Below, in pieces: positions 12,933 through 25,843 of a stretch of 64,000 nt of DNA. The translations under genes were made by a program, and so were the position numbers. Source of the DNA: Balanoglossus misakiensis (Eukaryota > Animalia > Hemichordata); the NCBI GenBank assembly GCA_040954595.2, contig CM082576.2:7629129-7693128 (forward strand), in the 5' to 3' direction. The notes under the pieces are model-generated. The model had not been told where the DNA came from, ran no database searches, and was given only the letters and a program-made list of their open reading frames with translations. Numbering within the stretch: position 1 is the stretch's first letter; every line of letters starts with the position of its first letter.

Positions 12933-13515
12933 AAACACTGCGAACTCCAGTCCAAGGAAAATGTGCAAAGCATTTGCTGGCAGAAACAAACGACTACCAC
13001 CGATGGAATTCTGCTGACTGACAGTCAATTTGGTTTTTATAGAGTGGCCTCCCCTGTTTTAGTTTAGAAATTGATTTGTTTTTCATTTCTTATCTATAGA
13101 ATGTTTTTTTTTTAAATTTAGACTTACACACCTTTGCTGAAAATTAGACGTAAGAACACAGGTATTTCACTGCACAACTTTTTAACATGCGTTTTTAAGG
13201 GAGGGATTTTAAAAGAAGAAAAGACAAGACAAACATTTTTAAGTTGCAAGCTGTAATGACCCATGTAAATGTTTTATTCAGAATCGTTGATAATTTATGA
13301 ATAGTGCAACTCAGTAACACTCTGTGACGTAACAAACTGCGCGATGAAGCTGACGTGTTGCATTTGAAATCTTGTAAATATTAAACAGTATTTCGTGCTG
13401 TTACTTTAAAAAAAAACGCTTTTGTCAGACAGCTGTTTTAATCGCCGGTTTTACAAATTATGATGAACGTTGAAATTCTGTGCACTTGAACGTTTTTAGT
13501 GGTCATGTGTTTCAC

Positions 13516-13540
13516 AATAAATTAGGGTTTTTTTTTTATT
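13516..13540. terminator. Facing polyadenylation signals of papilin (+) and the KY-like gene (-)
   Basis: AATAAA on + at 13516-13521 and TTTATT (AATAAA on -) at 13535-13540, between convergent stop codons at 12932 and 14094. Confidence 0.5.
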
Positions 13541-14093
13541 TCCAAAAGGGAGTTGTTTATAGTGAACAGTACATCTATGGTAGGGTGTCTTCGATGTTGT
13601 AGGGTTAAACAAGTTCAAATGTGGTCTTAAAAGATAGAGAGAAATTAAGGGTAGATTAACATTTAAATTTTGGACTCCGCATTCTTTGTCTTCAGCCTCG
13701 TAATGTGTACAAGCTTCTGACTGACATTGTGAGGTTTCCATTGTAAACCAACGACAACGAGTGGTATTTCCGACTTATATCACGGATTTGCCGAGTTTTT
13801 GGCGTGTTTTTGCCCGTCGGTCGTCACTCCAGTCTGGGCGTGTGATGTCATGTCCACCTTTAATGGACTTTGAATGCTGGAATAGCATCTGTGAAGAAGG
13901 ATCCAGCAGAAATTCCCTCATGGAGTATCACACAGAGAAGAGACCTCTGGTCCTGGGTTCAATTCCCAGCGTAGATCTTTGCAATGCTACTATCCAGTCA
14001 AAACTAAACAAAGTTTGTACGTAAAAGTCAAAGTTCACCCAAACTTTGATCGTGGCCAAGTCGTCGTGGAGGGACCACGTGGACGTCAAAAAG

Positions 14094-17000
14094 TTAAAAT
14101 CTTTCCTCCCATTTCTTTCTTAGGACTAGCTTCTTCTTCTTCTTATTCGTGGCTGCTGACCCCTTTGGTGATCCCTTCTTCACCAGTTTCTTCTTCTTCT
14201 TTCGTGGTGAAGTCTTGTTTTGGAAAGGGGTGCACTGCTGACAGGCTTCGCCGCTGAGAACCAGATAATTACAAAGCTTCGTTTTAGTTTTGGTCTGGAC
14301 CCGAGTGGTGTCCAACTCCACTTTGGATGGCGTCACGATCTCTCTCTTCCTTTCCTTTGTTGTTCCACCACTAGAGTCTGACTTGGCGCTGCTGGAAACT
14401 GCTGGGCTCCTTATCCTCTTCTCTTCGTCAGCACTTTGTGAAATTGCTTCGACTTCTTCGACTGTTGGCCTGTTTTCAACTGCCATAATGGCCAGGCGGT
14501 AGGGACCGGGCTTGGGCAGTCGGATTTTAAACTTCAGGATGGCCCTGGCCATTTCCTGGTGGACGTAATTCTGCAGACTGGAGATGTTCTCGTCGCCGCC
14601 GTGTAGATAACGGAGCCTGTAGCAGAACTCCATGTACTTGGCATTCTGGATGCTCTGGTCAATATTGAAGGTGACCTCCGCTTCGCCCTTGAAGGGATAG
14701 ACAACAGCGTGTTGGTGTGACAAAGCCACCAGGCCGTATTCCTTCAAGCGTGGCCCGGGTCCCCAGAGATTAGAACTGGTAATCGGGAGAGGAAGATAAC
14801 TCTTGCCTCCCTCTTCCTGGAGGATGTAATAAGATGCAATTTCATACACCCTTTCTCTTCTCTCCTTTCTCTCTTTCAGTGAATTTCGAACCTCGTCCTC
14901 TTCCCTTCTCTTGGATTGTTCTGTCTTGGTGTCTTTGCGGTGGTCAGCGATTTTGTCCATTGATTTCAGAGAGGGCAGATCGTTTATTTTGTTCAACTCC
15001 AGTTCATAGAGAACGGAGGGGTCCTCCTCTTCAACTGTCTCAAGAAGTTCCGTTTGGTCCACGCCCCGACCTTTCTTGGAGTCTCGTTCCCTTTTTGCTG
15101 ATGGTACTTTTTTCCCAGGGCGTTTCCCTCCCGACCCCACCTCTGTCCCCGTCTTTGTGATGGGATGCCTTCTGTCAGATGTCGTTCCAAGCAGCGTCAC
15201 ACCTGCGCCGTTTTTCCCACCAGTGTCCTCATCCCAGTCGACCTTTGGCTTTGCTTCCTTGTTTCTCATTTTTAACATCAGCTTTGTCAAGTTCACTTTG
15301 ACCAGCTTAGGACCCTCTTCATTATCACCATCATCCTCATTGTCATCGCCATCGCCATCACCACTCTCACTTTCTGAATTAGTCGTGTCCCCGTCATCTG
15401 TACTGTCGCTGTCCCCGACTGTGAGATCAACTTGTGAGGAACAATTTCCCTCCAGAGGTTTTTCATCGCAGTCGCTGTCTTCTTCATCTCCATTCCCATC
15501 TTCAAAGCCGTCAATCTCGTCTTTTTGGAACCTCAAAGCTTTCTTTTCATCGGGAGACAACTGGACCCTTGTGTACAGGGTGAAGTAGTAGGCCCCCGGT
15601 TTTGGAGGGATGATGTAAAACGTGATCTTTCCCTCGTTCCGTTGTACCATCACATGGTTGTCGACCACCCTGGTTTGGTCCAACCACTCGATCCTGCGCA
15701 GTTTCCATAAGAACTCCAAGTCGGGTATGATTTGTATGTCTTCACACCCGCTGGGTTGACTTACGGCAAAGTTTGGCTCGGGAACTTTGTCCTTCTTTGC
15801 TGATGATGCCAGTGACGAGATGCTTTTCCCAATGTCAAGTCTGCGGTGTGAATCCGACCTCACGGTGACCTGGGATCCTTGTCTGACCTTTGATATCGGA
15901 ACAGTTGTCTTAGATGTCCACGACGTCGGGGTGCGGTTGGAGGAGGTGGCTGACTGCTGGTCTCTGGTTGTGCTCGGATCATCGCTGCATCCTTTCCACA
16001 GCTGCAGTATGTCAGCAGCCGCTTCCTGTTCTCCGCCTGGATCTAGGCTGCAACGGTTGGCGCGAAACCCCCTCCTCCTCTTGTACTCCTCCGCTTCATT
16101 TTTAAACAGCCAGGGCGGCGCCGGTATATCGTCGTCTTCGTTTTCTAACGCTTCCAGCTCTTTCGCTACCCTGGCCCAGTGTTCCCTGACGGCAACCACT
16201 GCTGGGTCGCCCGCCTTCACGACCACGTCCTCCAGAATGTGTCTCGGGACCTGGTCCGGTAGCCGTAGCGTGACTTCGGCGATGCCCGTGTCGTTTGAAG
16301 TGATGACGACGCCGGTTGATCTTGGTTCGACTAAGGACAACTTGTACCTGTACAGAATGGGATGGATCACGGCTTGCTGTTCGAACTGCTGCTTTGTTAT
16401 CGGAGACGGTAAAAGCTGCCATCGTTCGCAGGAGGGGAAATGGTCCCTGATGAAGATTTCGGGAGCAGTAAGAAAGTAGTGGTCATCAAAGCAAGCTTCA
16501 AAGTCACCTGTCAGAAGATGGAAACAAGACAAAAACAGCAGTTTATTGGATGAACGGACCATTACAATTATTCATTGTTTAAAACCCAATGTTATGTTTA
16601 GATGGGTTTGTTTGTCGTAACGGCACTTGTTATACGACTTAGAAATGCTTCTTAGCGAAAAAGATGATAGATCATCAAAGCGTAGTGTGTAGTGACATCA
16701 TTGTCGGGGAAAATCTTTCAAATAAGCGTCACAATTAGATTACAATATACGCCTGCCTTCGCTGTTGACAAAGCCAGCTCCTTTGAAGCAATCAACGAAC
16801 AGCCACTCTTCGTCCACGTTAACAGCGTTCCAGTAGTGATGGCACATCCATTCGTCGGGGATCTCCATACCCGGATGGAAGTCGGCGTCCATCGCGTAGC
16901 CCTCCACTATTGAGCAATTTATGTTGGCGAAGCTGTCGAAGTGAAAATCAAAATAATGTATAACGTCAATTCGCCCCCTTCGGGAATTTGCTGTTAGCAC

Positions 17001-18599
17001 TGAATGGCACCAGTTGTACCATCTACAGGTTGTCAATCGAATGTTTACCGAGATTGTTCAATGTGCGAGTCTTGTTTCACTGTTCTATCATAGTTTGCAG
17101 GTCACCAATAGACTGAAGCCACTGTTCTTTGTAATTGAATATGTATCAGAAGTTTTTTTGTTGTACAAAACTTTCTCCTTGTGCCCAAATATTTAGAAAA
17201 CCACATACATGCGAGTAAGCAATTACATAGAAAGGTTACTTGAAAACTCTTATGGTAAATGGTCGTTTTAGTATAAAAAGGGATGACGTAGAAAAAAACT
17301 GACTTGCACATGGCTTTGAAGAGTACAGCAAAACCAGAGCTGTACGCCACGCGGGATTTGTAAACTTCACTGACGGAGACCTCTTCTGGACCAGGTGGTT
17401 TGATGCGCCTGGGCCCCTCGGCGTCCATAAATCGCGTGGGCCCTCTCGGCCGACGGTGGTGATGCAAGAAATCGATGAGGTCACCCGTGTCCTTCTCGTC
17501 CAGAGACACGGTGTCATCGTTTTGCACCTGGTAGAACAGCCAATCTTGCAGACGGAAACTCTCGTAGAAATCCACCTCTTGGGATATGTTGCAGGCGATC
17601 CAGGTGAAGAACGCCCTCAGGCGTTCCACCTCGGTCCTCTCCTTGTCCGTCATGTATGTCAGCAGTTGGACGTGATCTCCGGACATGTACATGTTGGTTC
17701 GAAGCTTGTGGGGAAAATGTGAGAAATTGAAATTGTAACAAAACGTAGTAAGACTTGTTATTGTCTGTCATAGTGACACAGTGATATTACGTATGCGTGC
17801 TTCAGTTATAACTACCAACTACCTGTTGAGTTCTTCAGTCGAGCGAAGCTTTGTTGCCGAACCCCCCCCCCCCCCCAAAAAAAATGTGTCAATAATTTCG
17901 TGGTAGTAATGAAAAGCATGTATAAAAGTAATTAGCTGGCTTTATAACAATATTGATCCGTCATGGTTTAGCGAAGATTTGATCGTTTGGACTCGATTAA
18001 AAAGCAAGGCCCCGCGGAACTATTTTCATAATTAACCATTCAAAAGTGAACATATATTTAGCCTCCAAAATCGTGTCTCAGAATTTTCCCGACTTTCTCA
18101 AATTCAACCTAGCTGAAACAAAGTTACCTAAACATGGCAAAAATGTCCTTTAATCGGTAATAATGAAAAAACGTTCCACCTAAATTGTCCGTACTTCAAT
18201 TTTGTGAACATCTGAAATGTTTTCGTGAACAATGGGCGAACGGTCTCTGAATTCTGATTAGTATATCATTAGTTTGTGATAAGTGTACAATCGGATACTC
18301 ACATCTCGGATCATTTCGTCCACAGCCGCCAGATTGTAACTATCGGCTGACGTTTTTCTCAAAAGCGACGGGCTGGGCAGCGGTACGTACTGCGCACTGT
18401 CGACAGAAAGTGTAATTTGCGCGTTGGTCCGCTTGCGAAGATGTTCTTGCTTTGCCGGGCCATGTCGGGCAACTTTTGATGTCGTTGCTGCCGCTGTTGT
18501 TGTTGTTTTAGTTGTTGTAGTTTCGTCCGCCTCAACGTAAACGTCTGGGGCCGGGGACACGCTGGAGCTCTTGTCGGCCACTGAACACGTACTCCCCAT
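14094..18599 (-). CDS. Kyphoscoliosis peptidase (KY)/hillarin-like transglutaminase-fold protein
   Basis: Exons 18599-18303, 17704-17304, 16932-16751 and 16507-14094 join in frame. Family motifs: ERLRAFFTWIACNI, SGFAVLFKAMC..ANINCSIVEGYA, HYWNAVNVDEEWLFVDCFKGAG, FDDHYFLTAPEIFIRDHFP, WQLLPSPIT. C-terminal Ig-like repeats (PPKPGAYYFTLY, LPKPGPYRLAI) are interrupted by acidic low-complexity inserts. Confidence 0.85.
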
Positions 18600-19420
18600 G
18601 TCGTCGTCACCGATTTTCCAGTGGTGCTTCTCGACAAATTTGATGTAGGCCTAGCGGTCCAGAATCGCTATCAGCAAGATCGTCTCACGGCAAATTCAGT
18701 TTCGCGCATATAAAGGTAACATGTCAGGTTTATCAACACCTCCAACGATTTCCAGGGATAAAATTCACACAACCAGTGGTCACGTACTCGTTGCGACGAT
18801 GTAGCCGTTACCCTTCGATAATTTGATTAGTATCCGGATATGAATAAAATATTTTTTTCATTAAATTTCGCCATAGCAACAGGCTGCCCTATCATTGTAA
18901 AAGATGATGACAATCAATCAAGCTGAACGCCCGTTTTCTTTTCCTAAAAATTCTTGGTGGCGCTGTTATAAGTTACAAAATAATGTTCGGATGTATGCCA
19001 GTTTTCAACACTGCAAGGAGAATAAGGTCTGTGGAACATTCCATTTATTTCAGGATTGCGCTAGCACATTTCAGCTTACACTTGATGCTGTGTCAAAAAC
19101 TGTCGATTTTCGGTTAATCTTTGCCCATACAATGATCATGTCTCTGCGTTTAATTCCTTTTCCTAACTTTAAACTCGAACAAATTACCGCATGAATTTTG
19201 CTAGACTAACCAAAGAGATTAAAATCAAAACACACCGATCTGATGTGCGTACGCGTGACGCTTGCATGGTTGCGATACCTGTGTCAAGCAAGAACGGTAT
19301 CTGTTTTTAACTACTTCCTACAATATCGCTAGATGACTTTAAGTTTAAAAATCCAATGAAAACGAACTACTATAAACTATGCGGCGTTTTCATTTTTCTA
19401 GCACAGTCACTACTATAATT

Positions 19421-22400
19421 CTAGGGCCGAGCTGTCAGCAACACGCAGGCTCCAACCACGTATATGATCAGAAAGATCCAGAAGGCAAGACGGTCGACTA
19501 CCTTGGCAACGACGGCCCAGTCCTCAGGGTCGGCCTAAAACGAGACAGGACAAAAAGTCATAAATTATGCAAAAGATCGAGTTTGAAAAACATTTAAAGC
19601 TTGTTGTGGTTCAGACGCCCCTCAAAAATGCTCATTTATTCATAAAGAGATTTTTTGAAAAATCGACCAAAAAAAATACCTGTCGGTTGTCTCCTTCGGT
19701 CTCCTCTGCGTCTTTCGCCTTCATCTCCACGTTGTACTTCCCAGACTTGGCGGGCGACACGCAGACCAAGCGGGACAAGTGGTCGATGAAGATCCGTCTC
19801 ACCACCTTCGGGACGCCAACGGTACTGTGGTACAGGTTGTAGACGACCGCCGACTCCCCGATCACCGCGAGGGCGAGAATGATGGAGAAGAAGAGGAAGT
19901 TGCCGACGATCGAAGGCGCCCCGACGATGACGTGATGCATGTAGTTGAAGAGCAGCAGGCCAAGCAAAAGGGCGATGGCCAGCGTCATCTTCTCGCGGGC
20001 GACGGGCGGCAGAGCAAAGACAAACAGCAGGGACAGCGACAGTAGGATTATCGGGGCCACAAAGGATGCCGTGTACATAGACGACTTTCTCTTCAAGTCA
20101 AACGAAAAAGTGACGTCAACAAACCGTTCTTCACAACAAGGGTATTGCACACTGTTACGAACGGCAGAAGTGCTACGAACGGACCACTCATAATGAGGAC
20201 GGAACTCCATTAAAAGATCCTCGGTGTCAGCGGGCGCCGTCAAATCCAACACCCTTCCTTCGTACACCCAGGAACCAAACTTCATCTTGCAAACTTGTTC
20301 GTCGTATGGAAAGTAATAAGCGTCGAAATCACAGTATGCGTCTATTTCTTGTTGTGGTAAATGATAAACAAGTCCATCACTGTATAACAACGCCATCGGC
20401 ATACCCTGGGTGCCATGCATTGTATTCTTTCTGCAGTTAAACATAAAAAAAGGTTTATACAATGAACCATGATGTCATTGCAACGTGGAAAAATCAAGTG
20501 TTCAGAAGCAAAATGATTTCAATTTTAAGAGAGCATATTCTAAATTTCACTTGAGCAAAATATGAGAACAAGTTTTAGACTTTGATCTTCGAGGCGCGTT
20601 CTAACTTAAAGTTAAACAGGGATAAAAATTTGCCCTACCCGGAGTATAGGACAACATCAGGCTGCCACAACTTCTCAGCGTCGACACGAACCATCGAGAC
20701 ATTTCCGTACTTGCTTTCATCCCACATCAGCCGTTTGTCAGACCATTGCTGAAGAATCGAGCATAAGCGCAAAGTTATTCTAGTATGATCTGCGTGTAAC
20801 TGTACGGAGCCAGGATCAGACCCTCAATGATATATACTAACCGTAACCCTATTACCGTAACGGTGTCTCCGCCATAGTCCAAAAATGTAAGGATGTAATG
20901 TGACAAACGTGCATGTCTAACATGAAAAAGAAACACCTAGAATGCAAAATCTTCAACTTCTGGCCATGGATGCTTTAAATGAAAGTCTCTTGTGTCATGA
21001 CTCCACGATACTATTACTGACAGAAAAGTCGGCAGTAACAAGTCCAAGATCGTTCTCACGACCAGCGAATTGTTGGACAGTAAATATGGCACACGTGCTC
21101 ATATATGTCTTGTCATTCCAGTTGACGATTTTAAATTTTTGTTCGATGTAAGCTGATAAGTCCCCCCATAATACATATGCATGTAATACTTACCAACTTC
21201 AGCCAGACAATCGCCCTTAACCGCCCTTCGTTAATATTCTTCAGTGGATACCGACAAAAAAAAAAAAAAAACGAGAGAAAAAATTCTGGCATGAGCGGAA
21301 ACGTACAGACAATACACCTCTCCAGCAAGAAAATCAGATAGACTCATTACAATGCCGACTACAGAAACACGAAACGTATAATGTTAGAGCCTGGACGTAA
21401 TAAAGCTGATTTTAAACAGATTGGAGATTCGACCGAGAAGGCGCATAAAAATTCAATCAAATCTGAGAATAAAAGAAATATAAAATGACAAAGGTTTAAT
21501 AAAAAAGTATACTTTGTTTAAGTATATGCATTAAACAGAAGAGGTTGTGATATTCAAATTTTTATCGCGCTCAAACATCTGTACAACTATCATTCAGTGT
21601 CTACCAGTGGGTTTTTCTCACAAATATTCTCAATGCGGGAAAAAAAATCCGCCAAAGTGATCTTATACTTACAACTTCTTCGAGTTTGATTAAATTCATA
21701 TCAAGCTTCACTTCCGTTGGCGGAGGTACGTCGCCGCCGTCGGTTTCATACTCCGTCGGCGGGGGGACCATCCGGTTGTAGACAAAGAATACGTCTTCGA
21801 AGATCCTTTTCGTATCGGCCGACGTCGCCAACGAAGCTATTAGAAGGAAAACGTGGAAGTTCAGGCTGATATATTGGATTAAAACAATTACTGTAAATTG
21901 ATCAATACCCTTGCAACGGGCAACGTGGAAAGGGTAAAATATTTACTTGCAATAAATGAAAAAAACTCAAAGTCCTAGAGCAATCAAATCAAAGTCTTAA
22001 TTAGTTATTTCTCTACTCCTATAAGTGTTATTTGACGACACAATTTGGTATCGATCGTTTTAAACCATTCTATTGGTCGGGAACGCCCGCTACGCTAACG
22101 TAAGAGAGCAAGCCTTTCGTAACACCATGCATGCGGTCATGTCCAGAATGAAAACGAACAAAAATTCGTCTCTCTCACAGACGTCGCTGACTATTATTAG
22201 CACAAATGTTGAAGGAAAGGGTCGTGAGATTTTCCAAGTTGGCATAGGGAGGGGAAGACAAAGAGCTTATTCATGTTTGGATCAGGAGCGCCTGGAAAAA
22301 AACACTGTCCCTTTCTTTGCAGGTTAAAATCATTCAAATACTCATAATCCTACACACTGCATGCTGGTCACCGCCCGGAAGTATGTTTTGAACGAAATTG

Positions 22401-23704
22401 AAAAAAAGGCACGACCTTTCGATTCACGCAAAGGTCTGAGAAAATTCCTCTCGGACCAATGAAATACAGAGAGATATTGATAGCCGGATCTTAGCTCTGG
22501 GAACGCTGTCGCCCAACAATTCACGGCTAGGTCGCAGAAGGACTCTGCCTATATGCACGCTCTGCGTGACATGCATATCACAACGAGTGAATGTCCGACA
22601 CAAAGGCAACAAGCAGCTGTTTTGACGCCGTCGATTACTTTTCTCTCTTGCTGCTCAAGAATTCTACTCTACATGTACGTCACATAATTAAGTGAGGCGA
22701 TTTCCATGTGGCGTAATGTCATTGAGTCAGCTCGGGCAGAATGTTTAACTGTGTGAGGACTGCATTTATAAATGTGCAGACGTGATTTGAAGATTGTTAA
22801 AGCGGTCCATATTTATAAGCTTAAAATATATATTGAAAAAATGTCGCTTTAATGACGCAGACTGATGTTTGCTGATTTTAGTATGCGTCACAATTTTTTT
22901 CTTCTTCGGAATTTTCGCGGGGAACTTTCTCCCAACTACCTTTGTGCGGGCAAAGACACTGCTGTCCCAACCCTAGATCTCCAGGGTCCTTTATTCGATA
23001 TTGACCCTCCGTGCTGCCACGCCCAATTAATTTCAGAATGAGGTGCATTTTTTTTGCTCATTTCGTGAAAGAGCGATTATCATTTTCTTCGATAGTGATT
23101 CCGGTAGAACCAACTCCATGACCAATTATTTTACGTCAGAAATTGTCAGAAACTAACAATTAGGCCTAATGTGTCATGAGAAGGAAATGAGATGTGCTTA
23201 AAAAGTTATATTCATAACAAAAAAGCAACAAATAGCACAGATTAAAGACCGAACAATGCATTAATTGCATTTGATAATTAGGGTATTTTCAATTCACCAT
23301 AATTACTGCTACGTCATATTAATTGCTACATTGTTATATACCGGCTTGAGTATAGACACAAATGTCGTGTAGGCCTATAAGACGTTACATAGATCCGTAT
23401 ATTCAGTAAGTCGTGGCAATTTTTAATTCACAGAAGTATGGTTTTACAATGTATATATAGAAAGGGGGTGTGCGTGTTTATACTAAACCAACTTTTAAGT
23501 TTAAGTATAAAAAATGTATACTGTTAGATGCAACGCCACTACACAAAACCGCCCAGAGTACTGGAACAAACTATAAATTAACTTCTTGCGAGTCAGACAA
23601 AACCTCTTATAAAATGGTAGTTGAAGACGTATAATATACTTACGGTCTGCGTTGAAAGTCAGAACCAAGGCCATCAAAGAGATCGTCACAGTGGAGAACT
23701 TCAT
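19421..23704 (-). CDS. Divergent nicotinic acetylcholine receptor alpha-like subunit (Cys-loop ligand-gated channel)
   Basis: Exons 23704-23644 (signal peptide MKFSTVTISLMALVLTFNA), 21836-21673, 21238-21194 (45 nt), 20748-20639 (110 nt; WSDKRLMWD...LWQPDVVLY), 20430-19680 (Cys-loop CDFDAYYFPYDEQVC, FGSWVY, YPCC, M1-M3) and 19534-19421 (DWAVVAKVVDRLAF, M4, TAG). The 45-nt and 110-nt exons are typical of nAChR genes. Confidence 0.9.
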
Positions 23705-25843
23705 GGTGCAGCCACGCGCGCGTGCCTTCTCGGAAGAGCCCGACACAAGTAATGCGGATAAGTCGCCCAGAGCCAGTCGGAATGTCACTCGTGGCGCGGC
23801 AAAAGTTCATCCAGGCACTATTGGTCGCCGCCAACAGCTATTGTCGTTGTTGACCAATCATTCTGACTCCCAGCATGCGTAACATGTACGTACAAACATC
23901 TGCAACAATATTGGTCGCAAAATGGCCACACGAAATATCATCGTTAAGGCGAGGAACTTTCTGATTTTTTAAAAATAAGTCTTACATTGTACATAAATGA
24001 ATTTAAGCACGAATATAAAAAGAAATAGGGTGTTTACAATCTACTTTTTCTGTTCGAGTCTAAATTACATGGTAAAACTACATGTATATCGGTTTGCTGA
24101 GTAAGGGACCTATATAGGCCTATTTGGGTCGGGTTAAGGAGTTTGTCCCTCTCACGAACTTTGTCGGGAGTCAGTGAACTCCCAGAAAGTACATTAGTCG
24201 TCCTCATACAATCAGTGACATAATTCCCACTCTATTACGAATGTCAGAAATGACGTTTTCATAGGTCCCTAGACCCTGTAGGAAATGAAGCTTTTAGTCA
24301 CCACTTTCCCTGCTATTTTTTTGAGTGGGCGTTTTAGATTGCCAATATGAACTTAATTAATTGCCCTGAATCTGATTACCGTTTTTGGGCCGGCAGTGGC
24401 ACACGCTAAACCTATGTGTCTGACGTTTATGGGAAGATGCTTTCCATGGGTTAGGTTCCAGAAATAATTGTTGCGGGCGTTCACCTCATATCGCCTTTCC
24501 GACGGTTTGCTTAACGAACCATAAATCAATATTTTTTGCTTTGCATATAAACTAATCAATTGAAAATTTCATTTTTTTTACTTTATATACTATTCCAAAC
24601 CTTCACACTAGGCCTATAGCCTGCCTGCATATATGCAGCGGTCATGGTTATTGTTGATTAAAACGAATTCAGGTCCAGATCTCATGATCACACTTACTGG
24701 CGATATCGATAATGAGAAAACTGAGCATTTTAGTCTGATATACGGAGTGTAAAAGAAGAACCTATAAACACATACATATATTCACACAGCGCCACCAGCA
24801 AAAGAAGAGAGCATGCAGCGACCAACCAATAAACCAAGAGCGCTCGCATGCGCACATGTCCGAATCTATCAGTCTAGAAAAGTTGCATGGTATTTGGGTT
24901 GACGTTTCTCTACGTTCAGCGACGGGTATTTTGTGTCAACGGGTCAGAACTGATGGAAGGCGAGGGTCTACTCTATGTTAAAAAATAATGTAATTTTCCT
25001 GATTTTACATTGTGGAGAATAGCAATGACTCTTTACTGTAAAGACAAAAATAGAGAAAAAACAGGGTATTCCAATCCTTCTTTTTATTTAGAGGGGAGGG
25101 ACAACTGGATGACTTCCAAAACACCAGCCGTATTTTTATCGAAATATCTCAACACCAATATCTGTATACATGCTTCAGACTGTGCTTAGATTGAATAAAA
25201 GCACAAAACAAATCTGCATGGTCCTGCAAGTACACGCCATCATCATGCTTAGATGATTTGTACATAACAAACATTCTGTCCCTGCCACAGAACATGACAA
25301 AGAATGACTAGTGCATCCAGAAATGGTGTATTTAAATAAAAGACTATTTAATGTTTTATTCAATCAAAACTTAAAGAAAGAAATGTGACACAGAGTGACT
25401 GTACAAGAGGAAAAATGGAGTAAATATATTCGCTGTATAATTATCAAAGAGTAGGGTTTGAAACTTTGGAAGTGTATTGGGTGCTGGGGGGGGGGGGTTA
25501 TTTCCAGCCAGAATTCTCTTTCATCTTGGACTATCCAATCAGTCCAAGCTCTCAGACTCAGAAATGCTTCTGAAATACTCTAACTTCATGCCAGGGATTA
25601 TTTCATAAAATGAAAATGCTGATCAACAAAGTTAAAATCAAAATGTACTTGATTGCGTTTTAATAGTATAAATCATGCCTGTGATGCAGTCATTAAGAAC
25701 ATAGACTGTGATTTTCTCCTACGCTCTTTTAGCTCGATGACTGTATTATCTCATTGTTGTTATGGTAACACAGCTGAGTAGTTCATCATTTTCTGTACAG
25801 AGTTTTAAAGCTGCACCAAGGCCAGTTCACGATGCAAAGGTTT

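Noticed and set aside
15076-16479. Long + strand ORFs (170 and 230 aa)
   Set aside because: Antisense shadows of the GC-richer KY-like exon, with Ser-rich composition mirroring Asp/Glu codons.
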